This document shows positions 10,651 to 20,259 of a stretch of DNA of 64,000 bases, piece after piece. The translations under genes and the position numbers were made by a program. How positions within the stretch are numbered: position 1 is the first letter of the stretch; every line of letters starts with the position of its first letter. The notes below the pieces were generated by a model. That model saw only the letters and a list, made by a program, of their open reading frames with translations. It was not told the DNA's origin and did no database searches. The DNA comes from a bacterium (lineage in GTDB: Bacteria; SZUA-182; DTGQ01; JAFGSM01). The stretch covers positions 1-64,000 of the forward strand of contig JBLIRO010000002.1 of the NCBI GenBank assembly GCA_049472335.1, written 5' to 3'.

Positions 10651-10880
10651 CGATAAGTCACCTTTCTTTTATTAAGAATTTGTATGGTTAAAGCAAATTA
10701 TAATTGTTCTGGGATCAAGCCGGAAGCAATCAAAAAGGTATATCACTATGCATTATTCAAAAAATCATATTATTAAGATTATTTTTTAAAATTTAATATA
10801 AAAAGGGAATAAGGATCTTTAATTATAACACGTCAAATAAAATAGAAACAGATTGTTAAAGGATTTTTTAAAGGATAAGT

Positions 10881-11486
10881 TTGATGTCTAAAAAAATTTC
10901 ATCATCACATGCTTTAATAAATATGTTCAAGAGGGCTACTAAAAGGGCCTTTCGATGCTACCCTGAACTATATGACAAGGATGTATCAGATCATATATGT
11001 TCTCATATACTTACAGAATTTGTAAGAACTGATAGACTTTTTTGGATAAAAGATAAGAAAGGCTCTCATATTATTGAAGTCCCCGAGATGTGTTTGGAAG
11101 GAGATGTGATGTGTCGTGCAAAAAGCCTGGAAAAAGAAATGGCGGTTCAAGAATATATCGGAAACTTTTCCTTATTTATGGCAGGGCTCTTTCCAACAAT
11201 GGCTCCAGGAACAAAAGGCCGTTTAAACTCCAAGAACAGAATGAAAGACCGGCTTTACATGGAGCTTTATTTTAAGCTTCACCCTGCCAAAAAGGGTATG
11301 GACTATTATGTAATACAAGGGGAAAGGGCCTATGAAAAGGCCTCAAGAATCTATAAAGGACTTAATGACATCAAGTCATCACTTCTAAAGAAATTAGCTC
11401 TCCGTTTTGAGGCATATGTATGCCTCATGCAGACAATCCATGATTACCTTCTTTCTCCAAGCCTTAATCTGTGCGATATACAATAA
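10881..11486 (+). CDS. Hypothetical protein
   Basis: 201-aa ORF with a family-like motif YIGNFSLFMAGLFP and YY...GxxAY; function not recognised. Confidence 0.65.
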   Translation: MMSKKISSSHALINMFKRATKRAFRCYPELYDKDVSDHICSHILTEFVRTDRLFWIKDKKGSHIIEVPEMCLEGDVMCRAKSLEKEMAVQEYIGNFSLFMAGLFPTMAPGTKGRLNSKNRMKDRLYMELYFKLHPAKKGMDYYVIQGERAYEKASRIYKGLNDIKSSLLKKLALRFEAYVCLMQTIHDYLLSPSLNLCDIQ

Positions 11487-11727
11487 ATTTAAATTATTCA
11501 CAAACCCGGTACAAATATTTCTATTTCGTTTTAGAAATTGTCTTTTTTTACAATAGCTTGAATGTTTGACACTTCAATCCCTTTCTTCTGTTTTTATTTT
11601 TACTCGCCTTATTTTCTAAGGCTACAATAATCACTCAAAAAAATAAGCAATTTAATAATGAAGTTATGAAAAAATTTTTCCGATTAAAAAGAAGAAAAGA
11701 TATAACTGAGGAAAGGAGAGAATCCCA

Positions 11728-12348
11728 ATGGAGAAAATAAGTATTGCCCGCCGGCGTCTGGAGAAAAAGAAGGCCGCCGTTTATGTAAAAAATAAACCAG
11801 ATGATTTCCCATCAGAGAGAAGCTGGTCACCCTCAGAGGCGAGCTATACACCTCCAGAGGCAAGCTATATACCTCCAATGACGAACTGTGAGCCCATGGA
11901 GGTTAACGATATTCAATCAAGGGAGAACTCTCTGCCACCAGAAATTGGTAATAAGCTCCAGCAAACGGATAATAGTGAAGCTGTTCAAACATCGCCTGTC
12001 TATTCTCTGGATTCATTACTTTCCTTCATAAATGAGGAAGGCGGCCTGCTTGAGTTAAGCAAAAAACAATTTTCATTGGAGATTGTCTCCGGTGTTGAAA
12101 AACCAATTAAAATGCTTGTTTCTATACAGCCGTTAAATGGAAATATCAATTCTCAAAACGGGACAATAAATAATGAAGAGGGTTATTTTACACCTGAGGA
12201 GGCAGCCCAAACATTGAAGGTTTCAAAAAATACCATTTATCGTCAACTTAAAGAGGGAAGTCTTAGAGGTCTAAAAATCGGATGCCGGTGGCGAGTTTTG
12301 CTGAGTCCTCAAGGAAAGACCGAAGGTTCTGAAAGGGGGAATGGCTGA
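11728..12348 (+). CDS. Protein with disordered N-terminus and C-terminal excisionase-like (HTH_17/MerR-type) HTH
   Basis: YFTPEEAAQTLKVSKNTIYRQLKEGSLRGLKIGCRWRV; AGGAG RBS. Confidence 0.8.
   Translation: MEKISIARRRLEKKKAAVYVKNKPDDFPSERSWSPSEASYTPPEASYIPPMTNCEPMEVNDIQSRENSLPPEIGNKLQQTDNSEAVQTSPVYSLDSLLSFINEEGGLLELSKKQFSLEIVSGVEKPIKMLVSIQPLNGNINSQNGTINNEEGYFTPEEAAQTLKVSKNTIYRQLKEGSLRGLKIGCRWRVLLSPQGKTEGSERGNG
11809..11877 (+). repeat. Three imperfect 21-bp in-frame tandem repeats (7-aa units)
   Basis: ccatcagagagaagctggtca / ccctcagaggcgagctataca / cctccagaggcaagctatata, encoding PSERSWS-PSEASYT-PPEASYI. Confidence 0.8.
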
Positions 12349-13832
12349 TGTACTATGAATACTGGGGAATGCACAAGGCGCCATTTGATAATGTGCCGGA
12401 TCCAACTCTCTACTGGGATCAAAACAACTCTTTAGAAGATGCCATATGTGAAGTGTTGTTTGCAATAGAGGAAGGAAATGATTGTCTGGCAGTCATCGTT
12501 GGAGATATTGGAACCGGAAAAACTCTGGGCCTGAGGGTTATTTTAAATGAACTGGACCCGGATAAATATCGCATTGCCTTTGTTACCAATCCCGACCTGT
12601 CTTTGATTCAGTTTATGCGGGAAATAAACGGACAGTTGCTTAATAAGAAATGTGAAACCAGATTCAAAGATGAACTTATGGAAGAGTTTAATACAATCCT
12701 TTTTGATTGTGCCAATCAAGGTCAAACAGTGGTTGTATTTGTCGATGAAGCCAATGTTATGACCACTGATAAGCTTCATAATTTACGTCTCTTAACCAAT
12801 TTACAGGAGGACCAGCGTAATATGGTAATCTTTGTGCTTGCTGGTCAGCCTGAGTTGGGTAAGAAACTGGAATCGAAGGCTCTGGAAAATCTTTTTCAGA
12901 GGGTAGGTGTATATTGCCGTATTAAGGGCCTGGCAGGGCCGGAAGAGGTAAAAGAATACATACAGCATCGTCTCTCAGCTTGTGGCGGATCGCCAGATAT
13001 TTTTGTGGAAGAGGTCTACAAGACTATTTGGGAAAATTCCCGCGGAGTGCCGCGGCTTATCAACAAGCTTGCAAAGATTGCACTAAAAGCGGGCGAAACC
13101 AATCAAGAGCAAAAAATCGATAATAAAATAATGAATTCTGTGTCATCGATGTTTAAACGTGAAAAACAGGTTCTAGAAGAGGAGCTTGATCAAGAGGACA
13201 CCTCTCAAACAAAACAAATGGAGGAAGAAATTCAGGCTGTGGCCTCAAACCTGGATCGGGGGAGGACTTTCCATGTAAAGGATGATGTGGGGGATGATTC
13301 CTCACAGGCCCAAACCAATAATCAAAATACAGATCCGCCCAGATCCTCGAGGCTTGAGCGGGGAAAAGATTTAAAAGAGATCCAGGATGTTATATCGACC
13401 CTTGAGGAAAAGCCTGCAACTGTTCCAGGGCCAGAGAAATCAGGCCCCAGGCTCCCCAGAAGATTGGACGTGTCTGAAATTAGAGCAAAGATAGCGGCTC
13501 TCGAAGCCAAACGAGCCAAACCTGAACCGAAAATTCAACAAGAAAATATTCAGCCACCTTCACCATCGGTTACCCAGAAACCATCCGTACCTGAAACAGA
13601 GATGGTAAATTTTATAAAAGGGCTTCCATCCTATCTTCGTGATGAATTAAAGCAGATGAAGGATGATCAATTGATGGATCTGGCTGGAAAAATAGCTGTA
13701 CCATATATCGAAAAGACGTACCCGCAAAGATCGATAGAAGACCCTGTAGTCCTCTGGGAAAACGTCAAGGGTCGAGTTTTTACGGCCCTAAAGTCAATTC
13801 AGGGGAACAGAGGTTCCGGTTTGCCCTCCTGA
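12348..13832 (+). CDS. ExeA/GspA-like AAA+ ATPase with long low-complexity C-terminal extension
   Basis: MYYEYWG...PF, Walker A GDIGTGKT, Walker B VFVDEA, LRLLTN, LAGQPEL, GVPRLIN; start overlaps the upstream stop (TGATG). Confidence 0.88.
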   Translation: MYYEYWGMHKAPFDNVPDPTLYWDQNNSLEDAICEVLFAIEEGNDCLAVIVGDIGTGKTLGLRVILNELDPDKYRIAFVTNPDLSLIQFMREINGQLLNKKCETRFKDELMEEFNTILFDCANQGQTVVVFVDEANVMTTDKLHNLRLLTNLQEDQRNMVIFVLAGQPELGKKLESKALENLFQRVGVYCRIKGLAGPEEVKEYIQHRLSACGGSPDIFVEEVYKTIWENSRGVPRLINKLAKIALKAGETNQEQKIDNKIMNSVSSMFKREKQVLEEELDQEDTSQTKQMEEEIQAVASNLDRGRTFHVKDDVGDDSSQAQTNNQNTDPPRSSRLERGKDLKEIQDVISTLEEKPATVPGPEKSGPRLPRRLDVSEIRAKIAALEAKRAKPEPKIQQENIQPPSPSVTQKPSVPETEMVNFIKGLPSYLRDELKQMKDDQLMDLAGKIAVPYIEKTYPQRSIEDPVVLWENVKGRVFTALKSIQGNRGSGLPS

Positions 13833-13889
13833 AGAGAGTAAAAATACTTTCATATATATTTATATTTGACAGGTCATATTCAACCTGCG

Positions 13890-13915
13890 ACCCGGCCTGC
13901 AAAACGCAGCCGGGT
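13890..13915. terminator. GC-rich hairpin between convergent genes (probable terminator)
   Basis: acccgg-c-ctgc AAAAC gcag-ccgggt. Confidence 0.5.
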
Positions 13916-14922
13916 TATGTCTTAAAAGCCGATTCAGCCTCAATATAAATGAGATCCGGGCTGTCCTGATATCTGGGGGAAAAATGGAAGGGAATGATTT
14001 TCCTTACACCTGCTTCTTTTGCAATCAATCCTGCCTGATGTGCAGTAAGATGATGTTTTTTCATAGCTATGTCCTTGTCTCTTTCCAGAAAAGCTGCTTC
14101 GCAGAAAAGGTAATCGGCGCCTTTCGCAAAGGGTATTAATCCGGATAAATTTTTGGGAGTATATCCTATATCAACAACATAGACGATCTTTTGACCCCGG
14201 GAAACACCAAACAGTTCCTTTTCCCTGATCCACCTCATGGTCATTTCACTCCCTTGTATTCCTTTATTTTTGTTTTCAGGGATCACTAATTGAAACTCAT
14301 CCGGCCTTTCCTCTCTGACTGCTTTTTTGAGTTCATTTAACCATGGGCCGGCCGGAAGACCTAAAGTGTCCAGCCTGTCCTTTTTAATATTGATATGAAA
14401 CTTCTCTTCAAAGCTAAAAGCCAGACAAGGGGTACTATGATCGAGAAATAAGGCGCTAATCCGAAATTCCTCTTCATCGATAAGGATTTGGTTAAAATTA
14501 CGGGTTTCCGAAATCTGCTCCTGTTTAAAGACGTTATGGCATCTAAATATAGCGCTTTTCAAATGATCCGGATGTACCTCCACAACCGTGATCTCGAATT
14601 TGCTCTCATAATTTTCCACCAGGTCCCATGTATAGGCAGAAAGTTTTCCCGCTACATTCGAGATTATCCTCGGCGGCCCATATATAGTAAGCCGCTTATC
14701 CCGGCCTAAAAAGAGCCTCAGCATATGATCCAAACCTATAAAGTGATCCATATGTGTATGGGAAACAAAGACTTCCGTAATTTTATGTATTTCTCGTGTT
14801 GAAAGCGCAGTGATATCACCTACATCGAACAGGATGGCACGTCTATGATATAAAAAATCTATATATAGGGCGGGGTCCTGAAAAGGACCATTTACGAGTT
14901 TAGGATGAAAGCAAGGGGTCAT
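13915..14922 (-). CDS. rnz: Ribonuclease Z-like metallo-beta-lactamase
   Basis: SHTHMDHF metal motif, exosite-like GLPAGPWL, CEAAF...HLTAHQAG...PFHFSPRY. Confidence 0.8.
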   Translation of the reverse strand: MTPCFHPKLVNGPFQDPALYIDFLYHRRAILFDVGDITALSTREIHKITEVFVSHTHMDHFIGLDHMLRLFLGRDKRLTIYGPPRIISNVAGKLSAYTWDLVENYESKFEITVVEVHPDHLKSAIFRCHNVFKQEQISETRNFNQILIDEEEFRISALFLDHSTPCLAFSFEEKFHINIKKDRLDTLGLPAGPWLNELKKAVREERPDEFQLVIPENKNKGIQGSEMTMRWIREKELFGVSRGQKIVYVVDIGYTPKNLSGLIPFAKGADYLFCEAAFLERDKDIAMKKHHLTAHQAGLIAKEAGVRKIIPFHFSPRYQDSPDLIYIEAESAFKT

Positions 14923-15052
14923 AACTAGTAAGTAATGTTTTCCTTATAAGTCCGTCTTACAAATGACAATTGAATCGCTTTTTTTAAGAGCGATTGTACA
15001 TTCTACATTATATAGGATTTTTTTGTTATAATATAGTTTAGATAAAAAAATT

Positions 15053-15631
15053 ATGGAGGACATCAAGATGAACATTATATTTAATAAAGCAACCAGGTAT
15101 CAAGTTATTGTAATTTTTTTCTTTGCCGTTTTTCTGGTCTGTATGGTCAGACCAGCAGAATCATTTTATGGCATGCCCCTGTTTCCCACATGGACCAGTA
15201 ATGTAAACGTGAGCCAGAATAACTGGTGGAGAGGGTATAACTACAGTGACTATCAAAGATTTTCAAATCCTTATATGGTCGCCCCTGCAATGGGGATTTA
15301 TTATCCCTATAATATGCAGTTTAACATATACGACCGAATGTATGGCTACAATTCAGGCTCTATGGGCTTTTATAATGTTGGTGCCGGTCAGCAGGATGTA
15401 AATTCTATTGGTTATCCTTTGCCCTATGCCTTTACAAATCAGGCGGCATGGATGAACCAGGCAGGATTTATGGGTTATCCGCCGGTAGGGAATATGGGGA
15501 ATATCTATAATGTTTCCTACGATCCCGGCGCCTTTACTTACGATCTAGGGATTGATGCCTATTACACAGGGATCGGAAATTTCTGGAGACAGGTTATTCA
15601 GGACCTTAACAAAGAAGAGGAAGAAGATTAA
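15053..15631 (+). CDS. Exported low-complexity Tyr/Gly/Asn/Met-rich protein
   Basis: Signal-like N-terminus, aromatic/Gly/Asn-rich body, acidic tail EEEED. Confidence 0.65.
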   Translation: MEDIKMNIIFNKATRYQVIVIFFFAVFLVCMVRPAESFYGMPLFPTWTSNVNVSQNNWWRGYNYSDYQRFSNPYMVAPAMGIYYPYNMQFNIYDRMYGYNSGSMGFYNVGAGQQDVNSIGYPLPYAFTNQAAWMNQAGFMGYPPVGNMGNIYNVSYDPGAFTYDLGIDAYYTGIGNFWRQVIQDLNKEEEED

Positions 15632-15669
15632 TAAAATTCTTCTATTCCTGACTGGAGTTATTGCCGAAG

Positions 15670-17112
15670 CTACAGGTTTGAGATAGTAAACTCCTTAATC
15701 GCCATATTTATTACCGGGATGGTTGTTGATGAGCCGGGCAGAAGCTCATCCAACAGGGATTGAGGAAAGCCTCTATATCGTAAAACTATTTTTACCTTAA
15801 GGGGCCATGCACCATCTTGGGGAATTTTAAATTCAAAATCTCTTATCGCTTCTCCCTTCGCAGGTATGGTGTTGTCTGACTTAAATCCCTCAATTGCCCA
15901 TGGTCTATTGGTAGGAAGACCATTTTTGTCTACGGCTTCCACTCCGAAACATACTGTCCCTTCAGGGAGTCTTCCTTCATTATCAAGCATCCCGGAATGC
16001 AGCATTTCAACACCATTTTTATCGTAGATGGAAACCTCAAGCCAAACCTGCCTGAATCCTGGCATCCCGGTTGGAAGATTGTGTCCGGCCCTTTCATTAT
16101 AAACCTTTACCCTGAGCACTCCCTTCCCTTCAGAAGCTAAAGTCTCGACTTCCAACCTGGCAGCATCTTTTAATCGTTTCTCCGCGTCCCTTACGTGCTG
16201 GCTTGACGGTGCGCCTTTTTTGATTACAGGGCTTCCCCCCACAAATTTGTGCTCATGGATATTATCCCGTTTGGGTCCCAGTGTAGATGCCTTGCCGGGA
16301 TTTTTAGGTTTGTCGAGCTTGTCAGCAGCCTCCGTGGCAAGCTCAACGGGCATCATATGGCAGTCCTGGCATATAATCCCTTTTTGAGCATAAACAGAAT
16401 TCTTCCACTCTTCGTATGTCTTAATAATCTTAAAACCGGATTCATGGGAGTAGTAATTATGGCAGTTTGCACAAAATTCCGATTCCGTGTGGAGTTTTAA
16501 AAAAGCCGATTCATGGAATTTTGATTCGCAATTATCTATGGGTCCTGTTTTTATATTTCCGGGGCTGATATGGAAAGAAGCATTGTGGGGGGATTTTGTC
16601 CTTGCGCACTCATGAGTGGTACCCGTAACGGTGTGACAAAAATCGCAATATATGCCATTTTGGCTGATTTCCGTGGCATTTGTTTCATCTTCAGGGGCCT
16701 TAACCTCGGAGGTAATCAAACCAATGGGAGCATGACAGCCCAGGCATAGCTGGTTTATTTTACCTTGAGTCTCCTTTGATCCCATTTTCCACATTGCCAA
16801 AAAAATGGGGTCCTCAAAGGCATGGGAATGGGATGATCCGTCCCATTGCTTTAGTGTTAGGATATGGCAGGCCCTGCAAGACTTGGGTTGCTTAATTTCT
16901 GTTATATCCACAGGCCCTTCGATCGAAGACCTAAGCAAAGATGGATAAAAAGGATATTTGATGCCTTTGCAATCTGTTGCATTGCCATGTTTTGGGGATA
17001 ATGTGACCAAAAAGATTGATAAACAAGAAAAAGATAAAAGGTATTTTAAGGATTTTTTAAAAGATTTTTTTCTAAACATGATTTTCCTCTTTTTTTCAGG
17101 GAGTATTTCCAT
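15670..17112 (-). CDS. Pentaheme c-type cytochrome (cytochrome c554-like multiheme family)
   Basis: CRACH, CLGCH, CDFCH, CANCH, CQDCH; W..SxH; AGHNLPTG...RQVWLEV C-terminal domain; signal peptide (true start may be slightly downstream). Confidence 0.88.
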   Translation of the reverse strand: MEILPEKKRKIMFRKKSFKKSLKYLLSFSCLSIFLVTLSPKHGNATDCKGIKYPFYPSLLRSSIEGPVDITEIKQPKSCRACHILTLKQWDGSSHSHAFEDPIFLAMWKMGSKETQGKINQLCLGCHAPIGLITSEVKAPEDETNATEISQNGIYCDFCHTVTGTTHECARTKSPHNASFHISPGNIKTGPIDNCESKFHESAFLKLHTESEFCANCHNYYSHESGFKIIKTYEEWKNSVYAQKGIICQDCHMMPVELATEAADKLDKPKNPGKASTLGPKRDNIHEHKFVGGSPVIKKGAPSSQHVRDAEKRLKDAARLEVETLASEGKGVLRVKVYNERAGHNLPTGMPGFRQVWLEVSIYDKNGVEMLHSGMLDNEGRLPEGTVCFGVEAVDKNGLPTNRPWAIEGFKSDNTIPAKGEAIRDFEFKIPQDGAWPLKVKIVLRYRGFPQSLLDELLPGSSTTIPVINMAIKEFTISNL

Positions 17113-17499
17113 AAAAAAATCCGTTTTATCTCCATTACAAACAAATATTGTGTCTCCTTTATTTTATCGGCTTTTTGATGGTCACAGCTCTTCAAGGGCC
17201 TTTTGTTTTTATGAGCTATCCTCTGCTGCCTTATCTTTATTTGGTAATTATAATGATCGAACCGCATACTTTAACCCAGATTCTGTGTTCGGTTTTTCTA
17301 TAAAAGGCTTCAATTCTTCTAATACAATGACTGGAGGATATAGGACCGCTGAATTAGCAGCACGGGTGACGTTGTCGTGCCTCTGAAAATGGGGATCAGC
17401 ATGACTTCCGTAACCGATAAGATGCCAACTGACTTTAGACTATCAAAAATCTCTGCCAGCACAGTTTTATACCTACAAAATGCGAGTTTAAACTTAAGA

Positions 17500-17599
17500 A
17501 TCCAACGGACAGGCATAACCAGCCTCGCAAACAAATACCCCGAACTATGCATTCACAGACAGGCCGGCTAGGTCTGGGGTGGATATGCGATTGTTAGCC
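17500..17599 (-). other. Degenerate attC-like site ending the zinc-ribbon cassette
   Basis: Minus strand GGCTAAC (17599-17593) matches the cassette start GTTAGCT (18917) at 6/7. Imperfect arms GCATATCCA / TGGTTATGC. R' ambiguous (GTTATGC 17519 or GTTGGAT 17506). Confidence 0.45.
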
Positions 17600-17613
17600 T
17601 CAATGTATATTTT

Positions 17614-17647
17614 ATGTTTTAATACGATAAATGTTTTAATACGATAA
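17614..17647 (+). repeat. Perfect 17-bp direct tandem duplication
   Basis: atgttttaatacgataa x2 between the cassette stop codon and the attC-like site. Confidence 0.9.
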
Positions 17648-17662
17648 ATTTTTGTAAACATA

Positions 17663-18889
17663 TTATTTCAAGATATTGCCACAATTTGTACAATAATCTC
17701 CGCTGATAAAAGTATCTTTATTACATACAGGGCAAGTCTTATATTGTTTGACACCACAAAACGGACAGGCAATTACCCCATCAGGTAGTTTTTTCCCACA
17801 CACATAACATGCACCCTTTAAAAGCCTCTTTTTGATAAGCCGCTGTTTATCAAAAATTTTTTTCTGAACAATATAAATAGAAAATATAGCTATAAATATT
17901 GAGATTACTATTAATAAATAATGCCACAAAGCGATAAGATGGAATAATTCGAGTAATTTGAACAACTCTCTGAAAAAATGCCTTGGTATAAGGTGTAATA
18001 ACACATCTAGGGTTTTAATTATTATTGGGATAGAGGCAATAACGAGCAAATGCGATGATATAAGAACCTGGAGATTATTACTTCTGGAAATGCTTCTTGA
18101 ATTCCATATATAAAAAATTATGAAAAGAGGCAGCATAAATATCAGTTGCCAGGCAAGCTCTTTCAGCGGATACCAGAATTCAAATTGATTAAGATCGGTT
18201 ATAAGTGTATTTCTGTAATCATTTTTTCCCGGCTCAATCAAAAGCCATAATTCTTTTATCAACAGATGCTCATTGATTCTTTTATCTATGTTCGATATGG
18301 AAGAATTTAACTGTTCTAATATATTTTCTTTATGTTGTATGGAATCTGAAATAGAAGGTAATTTTGCCATATCTTTATTATTTCTGGCTATTTCTTCTAA
18401 AAGTGAGGTATCGTAGACTTCTTTTGATTGTCTAAAAGCTGCAGTGAAGCTTTTCTTATCATTGACCAATTTTTGTCTTTTTATAAATAACTCTGATAAT
18501 TCTTTATCTTCAGCCACCCTCTTTACTTCTTCAAAAAATTTTTTGCACAAAGGATGCATTTTATCTAATCTGGTTTTCTCAAAGGATTCATTATCATATC
18601 TATAAGAATAATTATTATAATCAATAAGCACTAATTCTTGCAGGCCTTCAATCTTATTTGCCTCTGACCACTTTTTTTCTATAAAAATTCTGCGGCATTC
18701 ATATGGGACATATTCATATGGTGAAGTAAGCTGGCTGGTATGATCGGATAATCCCCTGAATATTACAATCAAAATAAATAAATCCAGTGCAATTATAACG
18801 ATCAATGATAATTTACTTAATGGTTCCCTATCATTAATCCTTACCAGCCTGTCCTTAAAAATAGCAATTTTTTCTCTTATAGAGCCCAT
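17663..18889 (-). CDS. Integron cassette: membrane protein with periplasmic coiled region and C-terminal double zinc ribbon
   Basis: TM near N-terminus, about 3 TMs later, CYVC-CPFC-CPVC-CTNC; AT-rich; ATG about 28 bp after GTTAGCT. Confidence 0.8.
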   Translation of the reverse strand: MGSIREKIAIFKDRLVRINDREPLSKLSLIVIIALDLFILIVIFRGLSDHTSQLTSPYEYVPYECRRIFIEKKWSEANKIEGLQELVLIDYNNYSYRYDNESFEKTRLDKMHPLCKKFFEEVKRVAEDKELSELFIKRQKLVNDKKSFTAAFRQSKEVYDTSLLEEIARNNKDMAKLPSISDSIQHKENILEQLNSSISNIDKRINEHLLIKELWLLIEPGKNDYRNTLITDLNQFEFWYPLKELAWQLIFMLPLFIIFYIWNSRSISRSNNLQVLISSHLLVIASIPIIIKTLDVLLHLIPRHFFRELFKLLELFHLIALWHYLLIVISIFIAIFSIYIVQKKIFDKQRLIKKRLLKGACYVCGKKLPDGVIACPFCGVKQYKTCPVCNKDTFISGDYCTNCGNILK

Positions 18890-18910
18890 AATTTTCTCTA
18901 AAAGTTTATA

Positions 18911-18993
18911 AGCTAACGGCGCCGGATGAACCGCAAGATTCTCAGGTTTTAACGGAAACTTGCTTACGCTAAAACTGAGAATCGCAGTCGGCT
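18911..18993 (-). other. Partial attC (R' end and inner stem present, R'' end eroded)
   Basis: R' GTTAGCT at 18917-18911; stem gattctcag(g)ttttaacg / cgctaaaactgagaatc. Confidence 0.55.
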
Positions 18994-19112
18994 CTTTTGG
19001 CCTTGAAATGCAACGCTTGCGTTCCGCTTTTCCTTATTTTACAATATTTCAAACATTCCTGAACTTTTGATGGAATTCTTCAGATATCTCATCAGAAAAT
19101 TCCAATTTTTAT

Positions 19113-19205
19113 GTGTAACATAAAGCATCACCCGCTTGGTAAACCGCAAAGCGTCTGAAAGAAGTTCCGCGGTTTACCAAGTCGGTGTGAATACACTAAT
19201 TATAC
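19113..19205 (-). other. attC site downstream of the PEP-CTERM gene
   Basis: Minus: GTATAAT (R'' with AAC changed to AAT) ... 13-bp perfect stem cttggtaaaccgc/gcggtttaccaag ... R' GTTACAC. Confidence 0.7.
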
Positions 19206-19245
19206 AGAGATATCTCCCTGGACTACAGTTTTATGAATATATTAA

Positions 19246-20049
19246 TTATTCAGTAATCTTTTTAATTCCCACCATCCCCACCAAGCAGGAAAAGAACAGC
19301 AGAAAAGAAGATGGTTCAGGTATAGGAGAAGGAACAGTTCCACTAACTTGATATGTGGGTTGAGGTTGTGAAAAATCGTAAAAAGCCAACCTCCCGTCGT
19401 TAAATGATCCGGTAAGGGAAAATTGTTGTATTCCATTAACCGAGATATTCAATTCAGTTGGTGTGAAATCAATATCAAAATCATAATTTGTATTGTGATT
19501 CCATCCAGTACTTCCAAGAGTAGTTGCTCTTTGAAGCTCAGTAAGAGAACCGGTATGGTCCCAAAAATCGGGCCAAGAATTTGGTAAACCGGATACTTGT
19601 GAGATTGCTAAACCTGCTGGAGAATAACTACCCGAATACCATTGACTCTCCTTTTTCCAATCTACTAGAAGGAAATCTGCACTAGGATTTGTAGTCTCAC
19701 CGGGATCGAAACCGAGAGCAAAACCGATTAAATCGTTATCTCCTCCTGAAGAAGAAACGGTGATACTCACACTGAGATCCTTGATTCCCATTGAAGTAAC
19801 AATGTCACTATAAAAAAACGAAGGATAAGTATTTGTAGTTTCTGTAACGGACAATCCGTCTGAGCTAACTACCCAATTAGGAGCAGGATCCCACCCATTG
19901 GGGAGACTCTCTTCCGTCCATCCATGCAAATTCAATGGTACTGCATGTACATTATAAACTCCTATGAGCAAAAATATCATTACTGCAAAGGAGATAGTCC
20001 ATCTGAAAATAAAATTACTTCCTAATTTAAATACTATTTTTTCCGCCAT
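19246..20049 (-). CDS. PEP-CTERM sorting-domain protein with thrombospondin C-terminal (TSP_C)-like lectin-fold domain
   Basis: Signal peptide; DNDLIGFALGF..LLVDWKK..GRLAFYDFSQ resembles TSP_C; C-terminus IPEPSSFLLFFSCLVGMVGIKK. Confidence 0.82.
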   Translation of the reverse strand: MAEKIVFKLGSNFIFRWTISFAVMIFLLIGVYNVHAVPLNLHGWTEESLPNGWDPAPNWVVSSDGLSVTETTNTYPSFFYSDIVTSMGIKDLSVSITVSSSGGDNDLIGFALGFDPGETTNPSADFLLVDWKKESQWYSGSYSPAGLAISQVSGLPNSWPDFWDHTGSLTELQRATTLGSTGWNHNTNYDFDIDFTPTELNISVNGIQQFSLTGSFNDGRLAFYDFSQPQPTYQVSGTVPSPIPEPSSFLLFFSCLVGMVGIKKITE

Positions 20050-20259
20050 TTTTTCCCTCCTTGTTTATCTATCTCCAAACTTTCATTCTTCCTTCATGCT
20101 GTTTTTGACATTAGCTATATAATAAGTTTTACTATGACAATGATTTTTGAATTTTTACATCTGCACTCCTTATCTCTCCCCCTTAAATATGAATTTTAGC
20201 CAGAATATTTCGAAATAGAAGTGAAAAAGAGCAACCTTCAAAGATGTTTTATGCGTTTG

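Noticed and set aside
16958..17571. Short ORFs of 64-142 aa between the cytochrome gene and the last attC-like site
   Set aside because: No RBS or recognisable motifs, and they overlap each other. The region may be a decayed cassette remnant, but I cannot support a call.
20155..20183. Minus-strand AAGGAG-N5-ATG-TAA start-stop minigene upstream of the PEP-CTERM gene
   Set aside because: Could be chance or a remnant of a deleted gene; no further support.
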